NCBI RefSeq assembly: GCF_036321535.1
Contig: NC_087436.1
Span: forward strand, 33,916,001-33,980,000
Length of the DNA stretch: 64,000 nt
Direction of reading: 5' to 3'
From: Camelus dromedarius
Lineage: Eukaryota
A program made the position numbers and the translations under genes. Positions within the stretch are counted from its first letter, which is position 1; each line of letters begins with the position of its first letter. The notes under the pieces are model-generated. The model was not told where the DNA came from. It ran no database searches and worked only from the letters and a program-made list of their open reading frames with translations. Of this stretch, positions 1 to 13,350 are shown one piece after another.

Positions 1-997
1 TTTCTATAGTTTGAATGTTTCCACTGATATGATACAAAAGAGGGAATGCAAAATATATTTCATGACAGATATTTGAGAGTTACCTGATAAGGAGGGGGAG
101 GCAATTAGTCACAAATTTTACACCAGTGCTTTAATATTCAAGGGAGGTGTTATTGTCAGTCCATAGCATGAAAAAAGAAACTGGGAGATCTAGTCACGGC
201 AGTGACCTCAAAGAGAGATTTAAACAGCCTTTTGTTAATTTTTGTGGATGGTTAGCTTTTGTCTCCTACTCCCTTTTGGAAATTGAACACCAAAACTAAG
301 CATAACAATTAAGCATATTTTGGGCATCAAAGTTTCTATGGTATTTCCACAAAACCCGAGGTACATGTTCTTTAATCAGATTTAGGGATATCAGGGTATG
401 TATCTGGAAGTGAAAATAAGATCTTATAGTGTAGGAATCTGTCATCAAATCCTGTAGTCAGCATGTCAGACAAAATTTGTATATGATTAAAATTCCACTT
501 AGGAACCCTTTGTTTTATCTATAGATACAGAATTCAGAAATTAAAACATTCGAAAGTTTTCCACATTTGAAACTGTAAACAAACATCTAGATATCTTTGT
601 CCTATAAGGACGATTTTGCCAGTTTTTTTCCCAGTTTCCTCCTGATCCTCAATTAACTATTCCACTAAACTTAAGGATACAGGTGAAATCATTCTGTATA
701 TTTGATCCTGTGAATGATGCATTTTGCTTCTTTGTCAGCAATTACAAAATTATCTCTTTGTTATTTCGATAGACTGAGCCATAGTACATTGGGAATCACA
801 AGTTGAACTGTTTCATAGTAGAGAGCATGGAGGATGAGACTGAGGAAAGGGCAGACTTCTTTTCTCTCATGCCTCCTCTGAGGAACCTATGAGAACTCCC
901 ATACTATTTCAGCTGTTGATTTTCTCTCACACAATCTTCTAGCCAAGGAACTCTATTTGAATTTCAGTTACTCAAAATGTTAATCATGAAGCCAAAT

Positions 998-1178
998 CTG
1001 GGATAGATCCAGGTTTTATTTAATTCCTGAAATGTATTTAATTTGGAAACCCTTCTTTAAATATAATATAATACAAAATTACACATAAGAAATTGGATAC
1101 AGGGCCTTGGAGGGATACCTTGGAAGTGAAGGGCCCTGATGCTCAATTTTCAGTAGCTTCAGGGTAAACTTGCTTCTG
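998..1178. mobile_element. Non-autonomous hAT-type MER DNA transposon (subfamily not assigned)
   Basis: GATCCAGGTTTT...TACAAAATT...CAGGGCCTTGGAGGG...GTGAAGGGCCCTGA...AGCTTCAGGGTAAA resembles a recalled ~180-bp eutherian hAT MER consensus. Confidence 0.6.
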
Positions 1179-1269
1179 GGACCAAAATTTAATCATTTGA
1201 CATTTGGGAGGCATGAATAGTTTTCAAGCGGAAGATACCTGCATTCTAAAAATAATTTGGGAGGATTAT

Positions 1270-1690
1270 GTCATACCAATTACAGTAAAGAGAGGCTGAA
1301 TGTAGGGAAACCTACTAGAATTCTATTATAATGATCTAGGCACAAAAATGTTTTAGTCTTGACTAGGGGATTACATTGGAATTGGAACTGAAAAAGCCTT
1401 TGCAGGGTTTGAAGATAGATTAGCAAAAGTGAAGGACAAGTAAGAATTAAGGATGATTTTAAGGATCTGACATCTACAAGGATAGGTGGATGGTAGAATA
1501 TACTGGTGCTAAGTGGAAGACACTGAAAAATCAGGAAGAGGGTCAAGTTTATCATTCTGATTTTCAACATTTTAAGATTTAGCTGTAAGCCAGAAAGAAA
1601 TCCAGGTGAAAATACCAACTAAAAAGTAAGTAAAAATGCAAGTGTAGTGTTTGGTAGACAGCTTAGGGCTAGAAAAATAGAGAGATCCTA
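1270..1690 (-). mobile_element. L2 LINE fragment
   Basis: Purine-rich antisense L2-like text (GAGGCTGAATGTAGGGAAACC...GACTAGGGG...AAGGATGATTTTAAGG...ATCCAGGTGAAAAT); accounts for ORF 1280..1618. Confidence 0.65.
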
Positions 1691-1714
1691 TATGAACTTA
1701 TAACTACTCTCTGT

Positions 1715-1715
<1 letters not shown>

Positions 1716-1755
<40 letters not shown>
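1716..1755. repeat. (TATC)10 microsatellite
   Basis: Perfect tetranucleotide run read directly. Confidence 0.97.
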
Positions 1756-3000
1756 CTTTTTATCCTAATGGTGCTTGAAATGAAGAAATAAAATAGATGA
1801 GCGATAAATACATATTGATTTTTGCTTCTTGTTTTTATGCATTTATTTCTCTTTCATTAGCACTCCATTTTCCTTTTAGTTGACTGAAATTTGGTAAGTA
1901 ATTATCAGACTTACGCAATAAATATTTAACTTACGTTGTATAAATGCTGCTAGAACCTATGTAGTAGATTTACACTCCCACTTTCAAAAGTAGCCAGTGG
2001 CATGGATCTCAATATGTGATATTCTTAATGAATAGTGTAACTTCATTTAAAAAACATGATTTTCAGTAAATAACTGCCCAGTTGTATTCTTGATATCAAA
2101 CCAAGTAATGCAATTTTTATGTTATAAATTTACATTGATTCTGTGTAAAGAAAACAAAATATTTACAGTAAAAGATTTCTTTTTCCTATTTTTACATTTA
2201 TTCCCTTAGATAATAAATTGGCCATCCCTTTGGAAATCAAGCAGTTTCTTGTTTAATAGAAATTTAACAGTGATTAGAAGATATTACAATAAAAATTCAA
2301 ATTCAGATATCATGTTATCTATTTATTTTAACTTATTTATTTATTACTAATATTATTTAAATACTAAATATGTGACATTATATAAATTAAAGTGTTTGTA
2401 AATTACCAGTCCATAATTATAACTTTAAAAAGTATTAAATATAAATTTATGGGGACTAATTAAATTATAAAATCTATAGCATCAATGGATTATATAAATG
2501 TTGAGGTTTCCAATAATAAATATGATTGATTACAATAGCCAAATGTTTGTGTAAATTGATGGGAAGAAATATGCAACTGAGAACCTTGCGTGTAGATATG
2601 TGAATTCTAAAATGGAAACATGAAGATTTCTGGTACACATGTAAATCTATAATAAAACAGAAGTGGCTAGCAGATAATAAAGAAGGTTTTTATTTTAGTA
2701 ACTAGAAAGATAAACACATATCTGAATATTTCAAAAGTAATTTCGAGACTAAAAAATACTCAGTTCAGAGGAAGAGGTGAGAAAAAAATGCTCCAATAAA
2801 GTGAATCATAAGTGAGGCTGAGAAACATGGTTGTCTATAAAATGAACGTGGAATAAATGAAAGAGAGAGAGAGAAGGAAATGAGTGAGTGATATGAGTGA
2901 GCCCTTACTCACACTATATTCTAATATAAGAAACTTTAATTTCATTCCAACCCATCCAAAATATTTTGTCAGCATTAGGCAGGTATGAAAGAGGGCTACA

Positions 3001-3234
3001 GGGCAAGGTAGTGCAGTAGGTAAGAGCATGGGCTCTGGAGTCAGCCTTTCTAGGATAAAATTATCTGAGTAGTTTATGGCAAGTGACTTAGATTACTTGG
3101 ACCCAGGTTCTTCATCTGTAAAATGGAATATGAATAATGCCTACCTCATAGATTATTGTGCTTATTAATTCAGTTAAAACACTGACATGCTTAGGATAGT
3201 ACCTAGCATATAGTAAGTTCTTGGTAAATGTTAT
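3001..3234 (+). mobile_element. MIR SINE
   Basis: AAGAGCATGGGCTCTGGAGTCAG, core TTCTTCATCTGTAAAATGG...CCTACCTCATAG, tail ACCTAGCATATAGTAAG. Confidence 0.9.
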
Positions 3235-6200
3235 CCTCTGTAATAGAAATGTGTTGTTGGGAAGAGTCGTTTTATTTTTAATAATTTCCTCTTGCGCTAT
3301 TCTCTTTTCTTCAATTGTTTCCAGGCAATAGAATGAATAAAATTTTGGAGAATATATGCACTGATACTTTTCATACTGTATCTTTCTTACGCTTTCTTAA
3401 GACAATTTTCATTTTGTCTTTCTTACACGTCTTAAGAACTTTTTTCATTTTGATTTCCAAAGTATCACTTCAGTCAGAATTTTAGGAATTTGTGGAATCG
3501 TCTTTGACTTTAACATATGGTAATCATCTCTACTATAAATCTTAGGGAAACTGTTTCCTTGAGTTTTCATATACTCTCTAAAATTATTAATGATTTTTTT
3601 TAAGTAACGAGAATGAAAACTTCTTGAAGACAATGCCAAGTCTTATACTTCTCTCTTCTATAATGTCTACATCCATTTATTTTGAGGAAAAGGTAAAAAA
3701 CTGAATATATTAACTTATTAACAAAATCTGTCTTCATGTAATGTATATTGCTACTCAGTAGTCTGCTAATTTTTTGTTTTTAATAATTCTATTATTGTAA
3801 TGGTAATAAAATTAGAATTTGTAACTTTTTCAATAATTCAGACTTTCTGTTTGAATAAAATATAACTGGTGTGATATAGATACTAACCAGATATGAATAT
3901 CAAGTATCTCTATTATATATAATTTTTATTGTATTGTAGATAGATAATTATGGTAAACATTATGGAATTTCCAAAGAAAGTTGTCACCAGGTAGAAATAA
4001 GTATCAGAATTAATAACTTTTATTTAAGGCAAAAGTTCTGTGAAGCCTCCTAATTACTGGTGCCATTCTGACTAGAGTAAAAAAAAAATGGATGGGGAAC
4101 AGTTGGCGTCAAATTTCCAAAAAAAATAAGTGAGTCAGAAAGTGAAGAATGTCAGTCATTAAAATGGAACAAAAATGGAGAAAAATAAATATTACCCAGA
4201 CTAAGACGAAATCAGAAAATATCCTAGCAAATTAAAGTCTCCATAGAAACAGCAGGTCTCAGAAAAATTGTAGGTTTTGATTTGGAAAGATTATGGTAGA
4301 GACCACAGGTGGCTGTCATTTTTTAAGAGAATGTATTAAAAAATAAGAAACTACTGATTTTGATAAATGAGTACTGTGTCCATCTGATATCATCTAAATA
4401 GCAATACTAACATGGGAAGTACAGTAACGTCTGTCTTCTCTAAGAATTCATACCATATATTCCTCTTATAAACTTATGTATGGAAACACATAAATATATT
4501 TAATTTGTGAGTAATGTTCCCTTTTATAATGTAATCTTTGTTTAGTCTTGTGACTAAGTAATAAATTATTGGGCATTTGCTCTCATGTTGATCAGTTGCA
4601 TACATAAGTAAAATATGTTCTTCATTCTTTATTTAAAATCACATGACCATTACTCAGTGGAGTCTTGAAAGAACAACATCTTGCCCATTACTTCCTAATG
4701 GATGGTATCATTCAAAGAGAGAGTTTTGGAAATAGGCTACTATGGGGACTGAGAGGTCCCATCATCCTCCATTTCTCCCACTATTTTAAGTAAAAATGAC
4801 AAAGAAAAACCTTAACTTGCTGTATTATTAGCAAAAATGTCAATTCATGGATTATTAGTGTAAATGGCTACAGGCAGTTAGTTTTATAACATCTGGATCT
4901 AATGAAGAAATGCAAAGCCAAAAACATTTGGTGAAAGTTTAAATGAGGTCATTCATCTGTTTTTGAATAAAGATTTCCCTCCCCTAGTCTCGTATGCGAA
5001 AATGAGCAGTATTTGATTAAGACATTTCTTTAAAACTGTATCAGTCTGTTAAACTACCTTGATTTTCTGTGACCCAATGAGTAAGTGAATAAAAGACAAG
5101 ACTGAATATTCAGCAATTAATATAGTAATGTGAGAATCTAGACTGGCTTTATTTACAATTTGTTTGTACTTATTATCGATGGTATTCTTTTACATTGTTA
5201 CTAAATAATAATAATCAAATTTTGAAAATATTTCACGTATACACAATTTTAGAACAGTGCTCTCTGGTCAATAAGTAGTTGCAATAGTTATTATAATTCA
5301 ATTAAAATTATAGTAAAATGTGATTAATTTGTTTATAGTAAAAGTGTGATTAATTTGGGGTTTTGATATGATTAATTCGGGTTTTTAATTAATGTGATTA
5401 ATTTGGCTTTTAAAAATTAGTTAGCAATTACAAAGAAGCAAACTTTAAAATATTAATTTATATTTGAACAGCTACAATGAGCTGTTCAAACATAAATTTA
5501 TGTTTCATGTTTTCTTAGAGACATATTTCTTTATGAAACTTGAATACTCAGGGAAGTAATTTAGGCTACTGTTTGATTTTTTTTATACAATGGAAGAGTA
5601 GCCAGCAGCCACATGGAAACACCTTCCATGGGAAGTCAGAATAACTGAACATACTAATGACGTTTGCGTGCAGTGCTTTAGCTGGCACAAGTTTTGTGAA
5701 GGAAACATTATTCCCAGGTTCAGATGTATTCTCTCTCATAGTGGAGGGAAACAAAGGCATCTAAAACTCTAATGGCTTTCTCTTATATTGACTCACTAGA
5801 TACTATAATTTTTTCAGCAATGTATAAATCAGGATAATAGAGCATTACTATCATTTAAATGTCAGGCACAGGAACATCAGTCAAAAGAAAAAAAGCTAAA
5901 AAAGAAACCAAACCGAATAAAAAGGGAGAATGAAGAAACTAGTGGTTCTTTGTTGCCATTTATGTTTCCAGTTATAATACTAGTAGATAATGATTTTTAA
6001 AGCCAAACAAATGTAAAGGGATAGATAAATGTGAATTAAATTAACCTCCAGAATCATCAGTTTTTAGTGTTCAGATTGTTACTGAGGTATCATCACGTTC
6101 ACATTTGCTACAGAAAGTTAAAAAATGAAGCAAAAAAACCCTCAGTAGTGCTGAGTCCACCACTGCTTTTCATTAAAATTGTTTTTAACTCTTTAACATT

Positions 6201-8099
6201 CTTTAACAGCCAAATTTTAATTTATTTATTTTGGAAACCAGCCATGGGTCATTTAAAGCTGCCTTTAAATGGGCTCTAGCGTAACTGCTAAATGGTTTAC
6301 AATGTAAAATTAGGCACTTGGGTAGAATTTTTTTCTATTAATTCAGGGCTCTCTGCTAATTATAGCCTATATGAAGTGCCATAATTAAACCTATGAACAG
6401 TTTAGAATCCCAAAGATTTTAAAACTCATTCACCTTTAACAGTAAGATTACTTTTAACGACACAATGAATGCAGTTCTCAAACATGGGCCAATTCTTTAT
6501 GGTGATGGCGGTCTGTCTGCAACTCAGAAGATGACTACTTGACATTAATGTCTACTCATTGCATGGCCAACATAGACTGAAAGCCCTAACACTGAAGCTA
6601 AGAATTTCGGGAGCTTTCTGGTCCAGTTCTGTTTTTGCAAACTTAATATTATCCATAATTTCTCATTTTAAATTATGCTTACCCTTCTTCTGCAACGTGA
6701 AGTAACTGAAATAATAATCATTAAAAAAAACTCCTAAATTTTCCATGTATTAATTTGAGAAGATTAGTGAATTTTAGTAAAGACCATGAGTCAATTTAAT
6801 AGGAAATGTTAAATATATCCATTTTTATAAGAATTGAGCAATAGGAAATAGCATGTAGTACTGGGTTGAGGATTTGTGGCTATATGAAAATAATAAGGTT
6901 TATGCAAGCATTGTGAGGCAAAGTTCAACAAATTTTCATGAGCATCTTGTGAGTACTTTTTGATCTCTATTACTCCAATATTTGAGCAGCACAAGTGATT
7001 CAACTTTCTTTTGAGTAAATTGTCATTTATGTCATCACTTCCCACATCTCTTCTTCCTGCCTACATGCTAAATTTAAAACAATAAACTTCAGTTTAACAC
7101 ATTTATGTCTTTAAAGTTAGTTAGAAGTAGAATTAAATTTACTTGAATAAAAGTACCCTCTCTCCTGCTTTTTTAGCCATAGTATTTCTGTATCAGAGCA
7201 ATATTTTGCATCCATGAAGCCCAATCATAATTCTAATATGAAACCTGGTCATGTTTAGCAGTGATATGAGGAAATGTATGGAACATATTAAAAAATATAG
7301 AAAAAGCAAAAATTCTGTCTTCTTTCATATTTCTCATTTCTTCAGCTGTTTCTTGTCAGCAGTGAAGTTCAGTGACAGCATATCATGTTTTATTTGTTAT
7401 TTTGTGGCAAGGCTTAGATATTTTAGAATATTTTACACATAAACATAATCAATACAAGTGTTTCTTTAATGCCTTCATTTACACAAACTGTATAAGGCCC
7501 TTGGAGGCTATAAAGAAAATATAAAATACAGGATCTACTCTCAAGAAGTTCAGAGTACTTCCTGAGCCGATCAAGCATGTAGGCGTGAAGTACAAACCTT
7601 TGTATATGTGGCCTTTCTATAACCATTAAAGTGACATCATTTAAAGGTTGAAAGCTTCAGACAGTTCACATACTTAACTGTGAAAGAAGATCAATGCGGG
7701 TATATGAAAATTGCAAATATTAAAAAGGATATATTTAAATGAAAAGTACATAGTAACTTTTATCTTAAAAATTAAAAATGGTTTTGTCAGGAGAGACCAA
7801 AGACAGAAATTGACAAATTTAACAGTCCCAGAGTAGTGCTTTTGCCAATGATGAGCAAATCTCTCAAAAATAAGAATTGAATGCTAGATGTCTAGGAAGT
7901 CAATAGGAAGGCTCAGTAGGCTGCCACCACTTAAAACTAGAAGGTGGGGAGTGGTTTAGGTTGTGTGACCATCCCTACACTAAAAGCTAACCATGAGTTG
8001 GTTAGCATGTGACTGGATCCTCTTCTAAATTATCAACTTTCTAGTATCTTGCTAAAGGCCAACTAATTCCAGGTCATTTACAAGTCATTCCTGAGCAGC

Positions 8100-8320
8100 T
8101 ACATGTACTGTACAGATAAGATCATGAACTTTGCAGTCAGGCCAACATAGCTTTTGAGATTCAGCTAATGTGACCTAGAGCTGTTTCATTCGCTCATCTC
8201 TGGATCTTAGTTTCCTAAGCTATAAAGTAGAATTCATTGTAAAAAATAGTCTAATCATGTGAGCTAATATATATACGAAATTCTAATTTCAGTTATTGGA
8301 GCATAATTGAGACCTTAATT
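8100..8320 (+). mobile_element. MIR SINE (diverged)
   Basis: ATCATGAACTTTGCAGTCAG...TGTGACCT...CTTAGTTTCCT..CTATAAAGTAG. Confidence 0.65.
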
Positions 8321-9031
8321 GAAATCTGTGTTTAAGGATAAGGTTGTTAATTGTATATGTGTCAGGATCAGACTGTTCCTGCTAAAATTAAAATGTAATT
8401 ATCTGATACTAGCTAACTGCTCCTGAGAATATCTTGGAAGCAAGAGATTTTTGATACTCAGGCCACTTTTGCTTTGGAGAAGTACATACTACTTGGCCAC
8501 GAGGCCTCCTAGATGTTTCCTCCTGCATTAGGAAGTGAAAGTTGGACTTCGTAATGAATTTTAACACAGGGCAAAAATCTTGGGTGTCCCAATATAGTGG
8601 GTCAAACCATACATATGAGATAAATCAGGGAAGACATTTATTGTGAAAGATAACTCCTAAATCTCTCCTTGATTTTTCAGCATACAGCATTTCACCCATC
8701 TCTTTTTGATGATCTGTGATCATGTGATATTTTCTCATTTTCTTTATACTTATTTTATTTGACTTCCTTCTTCTAGCTTTTTCATTCTTTCAGGTGTAAT
8801 CATGCAGGTTGACTCACATAATTCTAGTATCTTTTTTTCATGCCCTGGATTATGGCTCATTTTCCTTCATTTCCAGTGGTGCTCATTTTAAACTACTCAC
8901 TTAGTGACCATCCTTACGGCAGTCGTTGGCATTTGAAGACTGACTGGATTGGTAGCTCTGAGTTTCCCTCAAACTTACGCCATGGAGGCTAAGCTCAAAC
9001 ACCTCAAAACACACAAGAAGATTAGGCCTAG

Positions 9032-9230
9032 TAATAATATGAGGCACATTTTGTTGACTCCTTCCAATGTGCCAGACACTCTTTTTTCTGCTTTTATGTA
9101 GATTGTAGAACTCCATATAATCCTCACAGCTACTCTATGAGGCTGTGACTATCACTGTAATAGAGATGATGAAACACAAGTTTAAGGAGATTAATAAATT
9201 TGTCTAAGATCACAGTGTTGGCAAGTGAGA
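9032..9230 (-). mobile_element. MIR SINE
   Basis: ATGTGCCAGACACT...TAATCCTCACAGCTACTCTATGAGG...AGATGATGAAAC...TTGTCTAAGATCACA. Confidence 0.85.
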
Positions 9231-9244
9231 GATCCTATGTTCTG

Positions 9245-9495
9245 TAAAGTATAGGGAGACAGTGTTTCATGGGTCTCATATTTCTGCACCACCTATGAGC
9301 AGAGTTACTGATTGTCCTTGTTTAGAACTCCTTTTGTAAGGATGTTGTTATAAATTTGGAAAAATAGAAATAATCTTCATCTGAGCAAAGGGGCAGGCAT
9401 GCTTTTATCATATTACTTGAGATTCAGGTTCTCTAAGCTCGTTGTTCTTTCCATGTAATGGATATTTGTGTACAGTTACTGTAACCTTCATCATT
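9245..9495 (+). mobile_element. ERVL-class solo LTR fragment (MER54/MER74/MER76-like group)
   Basis: AGGGAGACAGTGTTTCATGGGTCTC...TTCTGCAC...AAGGATGTT...GAGCAAAGGGGCAGG...TTCTCTAAGCTC resembles recalled ERVL LTR text. Confidence 0.55.
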
Positions 9496-9496
9496 C

Positions 9497-10530
9497 CTTT
9501 TGAAATATGAGATCTCCAGATTTGTTCTCTTTCAAAATTGTTTTGGCTCTTCAGGCTTCTGTGAGGTCCATATAGATTCTAGCATAGATTTTTCTATTCT
9601 GCAAAAAATATCAGGATTTTGATAGCAATTGTATTTAATCTATAGATCACTTGGTTAGTATTGACATCTTAACAATATCAAGTCTTCCTGTTCATAAACA
9701 TGCTTTCATTTATTTGTATCTTTTAGAATTTCTTTTAATAATGTTTTCTTGTTTTTATTGTATAAATCAGGTGAAAACCTGTTTGGTATTTTATTTTTTG
9801 ATGCTATTGTAAATGGAATAGTTATCTTAATTTTTATTGTTCATTGTTAGTGTACAATATGTAGCTGATTTTTGTTTGTTGACTTTGTATCTTGCTGCTT
9901 TACTGAATTCACTCACTAGTTTTAGCATTTTTGTGTATGTGGAATCTTTATGGGCTTCTACCTATCATATACAAATAGATATAAATTTACTTCTTTTATT
10001 TCTTTATCTTGCCTAATTGCTCTGGCTAGAACTTCCAGCAGTACTTTGTTAAACAGAAGTGGTAATAGCAGGCGTCCTTTCTTTGTTTTCAGTTTTAGAA
10101 GAAAATCTTGCAGGTTTTTATCACTGGGTACGTTTATTGTAGGTTTTATAATATTGAAGTAATTTCCTTCTAGCTGGCCTCAGAGAATGAGCTAGACCGT
10201 GTTCCCTCCTTGTCATTGTTTTGACAATGTTTGAGAAAGATTGGTGTTAGTTCTTTACATGTTTGGTAGAATTCATAAAGTGAAATATTTAGGAACAGGG
10301 CTGTTCTGTGTAGGAAGATTTTTTTTTTATTACCGATTCAATCTCTTTGCTAGTTATAGGTCTATTCACATTTTCTATTTTTTCATGATTCTGTCTTGGT
10401 AGGTGTTGTGTTTTTAGGAATTTGTCCATTTCATCCAGGTTATCTAATTTGTTGATGTGCACTTACTCATAATCCTCATTTATAATCCTTTTCATTTACC
10501 TCGAATTGGTAATACTGCCCCCTTTCATGT
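9497..10530 (-). mobile_element. L1 (L1M) ORF2 fragment, decayed
   Basis: Typical antisense ORF2 text: TTGTTTTGGCT, GATGCTATTGTAAATGG, GCTCTGGCTAGAACTTCCAG, GTTTGGTAGAATTC, TAGGAATTTGTCCATTTCATCCAGG. Confidence 0.92.
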
Positions 10531-10639
10531 AAGATTTCGGTTGTAACAGGACTTTTTTGGATATATAATCGTTATCAAAACCATAGCGTTGCCATAAAGG
10601 CTATTAAGGCTATAAAGACTATGCTAATCTATAATGCTG

Positions 10640-10960
10640 CCAGTTCTGTACAAAATATCCCCTTCATCTTATCTTTGCCAATAATAAGTATAATAATATT
10701 TTTTTCTAATCTGATCAATAAAGGAAATTACATCACTAGAGAAGCTAAATATAACTTCATATTTTTTTTGGTGATTTTAATCTTTTCTGTGAAAGACCTT
10801 TTAAAATCATTTCCTCATTATTTTTATAGGTATTTGCCTTTTAATATTAATTTGTGGAAATGTTTCTATAGTATGGATATTCACTTTTTTCTGTACCAGA
10901 AAGTAAATATCTTCTACCAGACTTCATTTTATTTATGGTGCTTTTGCTTAATTGTTTAAA
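10640..10960 (-). mobile_element. Old L1ME-type fragment
   Basis: Degenerate antisense L1 3' ORF2 text (TTTTTCTAATCTGATC...TTTTCTGTGAA...TCATTTCCTCATT). Confidence 0.5.
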
Positions 10961-11275
10961 TTGAGACATTATCTAGCCATCATGCTCATGTACTACTTGG
11001 GTGATAATAAATGAGTGCTACAAAGCACCCTCCACTCCAGCCTATTTTCATATAGTTTCATTTCATGATTTGTTAAAATTTGCAGAAATGAAAGTGTTTG
11101 CAACGTAGCATTACAAGCAACTGAAGAATCTATGTTGGATACTTTTGGTCCTAAAGTCTCATGGCCATTTTCCCAGACTGGGGGCTCAGTCTTTTTGTCG
11201 GCTTGGTTTCTCAGAGTCCATGTCTCCAGACTCCCTCATACAACTCACAAAGGGACTTCAAGATATTTTCCCAAA

Positions 11276-11379
11276 TTTGAAAATGAATGTATGTATATTC
11301 ATGTATGACTGAAAAATTGTGCTCTACGTGACAAATTGGCACAACATTGTAAACTGACTAACACTCAATTAAAAAAAAA
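11276..11379 (+). mobile_element. Young 5'-truncated L1 3' stub (camelid-like) with 13-bp TSD
   Basis: TATGACTGAAAAATTGTGCT...ACAACATTGTAAACTGAC...A10; TSD ATATTTTCCCAAA at 11263-11275 and 11380-11392. Confidence 0.9.
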
Positions 11380-12098
11380 ATATTTTCCCAAACAAAGACA
11401 AGTTGATTCTAAAAGAAATTCAGGTTCTAGTTGTTAGGATTGTACAATCTCAAGCCTAAACTCCTTAATAGCCTTCTCACCCTTGGAAGTCTACATTGAA
11501 TAAAACCCCTGAAATATATTTTTTACAAATGACCACTTTTATCCCATTACTTCTTGCTCAAGAACTCTAGTGGTAAAATTTGCTGTCAAATCATATACTT
11601 TATTTTTCACCATGGACACTTTTATCTTATTTCATTGATATTTAAACTAACTTCTGCTAAGCTTTAGTCATCATTTGTAAATTTTTGTTTTACCATTCCA
11701 TTATTTTTTAGTCTTTTTCTATTCAGCCTCAACTTTTTACAGAAATCCTCCCTCAGTAGCTCCAGCCCACCACTGACCTGTCTCATTCTGGATCATCTCT
11801 TCTTGTGTCACATAGTTCAATACCTCCTTATTTTATATTGCTTTCTAACTTAACAATTAATGCATATAAATTTTTGTTTTCCCAGTATAGTAGTTTCTAG
11901 TCTCCTCATACCCTCCACTTTTTTTTAACCTTTACTTTCAAGAAGTATAAGCCTTATATATTCATTTCACGTATTTAGATTAAATGTATGTATAATGCAA
12001 ACTCCAAAATTTTGGAGAGTGATGCATTCATTTAAACGTTTTGTCAACTAAAAGAAAATTACAAAATCAAAAGCATAAACAAAAAAGCTTCCTTTTAA

Positions 12099-12100
<2 letters not shown>

Positions 12101-12132
<32 letters not shown>
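12101..12132. repeat. (AC)16 microsatellite
   Basis: Read directly. Confidence 0.97.
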
Positions 12133-12134
<2 letters not shown>

Positions 12135-13350
12135 CTCTTGATCATTTGGCATTCTATTTGACCAGATGACAATATGTTTATACTCAGCCATTCTCCAGGA
12201 ATAGTGAATAGTTCATAACAGATGGGGGGTATGATTTTTTGCTCGTTGCAATTTTATATTATAAAACAAATATGAATAAAATATTTTCTACAGCTGATTC
12301 AAAAATGAAATACAATCCAACAGAGTGATATAAGCTGTTTCAAATGTCAGAACTTTGAATGAATGACATTGTGTAGGATTTTAATGCCATACAAAGAGGG
12401 AACAAGCTTTCAACCATTCAAAAACACCCAGTTTCTTACATGTGAAACTAACCCTTGGTGACAGCAATTGCCTGAAATGACCAATCTCTGACTTCTTTCT
12501 CTACTGAAAAGTGATTCAGAGGGTGATAGCAAACTAACTCTGTGAACATCTGGAATTCGACAATAGACTGAGCCAGATCTGGTCATGTTTCAGTTCTGAA
12601 GGTGGAAGAGAAATATTACAGGTTATACTAACACATAGATCACTTCTGACTCCTCCTCACATCAACTGCACTTCACGTTTTTGCCCTTATATTCTCACTG
12701 AGGTTATCACAACATGGAGTCAGCATAACATGGAGGTCTAAATAATTGTTTTCTCTTTGACCAAGAGATATATCGTTTTTTAAAAAAATTTCTACCCATT
12801 CATCATTAGATCACTGTAGCAAAATACGAGCAAAGGTAGTGGACTATGTGTTTTATTGCTACAGGTGTAAAGAGATGTATAAACCTTTAGTAATAGAAAT
12901 ATACATGTGCCATATTTTATCTGTATAATCATATGTAGCTTGATATATTTTAAATTTCCAAACTTTCTAAAACTTCTAGCCTAATTAAAATGCAAAGAAA
13001 TGAATAGTCACAAAATAAGTTCAAAACGTGAAAAGGTTTATCACACAATGCGTATAGTTTACATTAACTTGAAGAGAGATATTTCTCTTGTTTTGTAATA
13101 GCTCCATGAAAGAAATGAGGTTCTAAGTCCATGCATGTTCACTGTATTTTGAAGTATAGAAAACGTCTACCATTTAGTTAGAATCATCTTCTTCCTTCAG
13201 AGAATACCAATAATGTTAAAAAGAAACTTTGGTTTCTTTAGACTATGGTAAAAAAACAAACAAACAAACAAAAAACAGTGTATCTCTGATAAAAATTTAA
13301 ATTAGATGAAATCAGTGAAAATAAACTGAAGAAAAATCGACCCCCACCCT

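Noticed and set aside
3325..3484. Acceptor-like TTGTTTCCAG followed by AATAAA or a ~50-codon frame
   Set aside because: No convincing donor, the frame runs through a tandem duplication, and the peptide is unrecognisable.
6250..6271. Hairpin CATTTAAAG-CTGC-CTTTAAATG
   Set aside because: 9-bp AT-rich arms are expected by chance in 64 kb of AT-rich DNA.
6683..6705. 23-nt - strand micro-exon candidate (TATTTCAG...AGG|GTAAGC)
   Set aside because: It is isolated and frame-shifting with a weak pyrimidine tract, and I found no consistent - strand partners.
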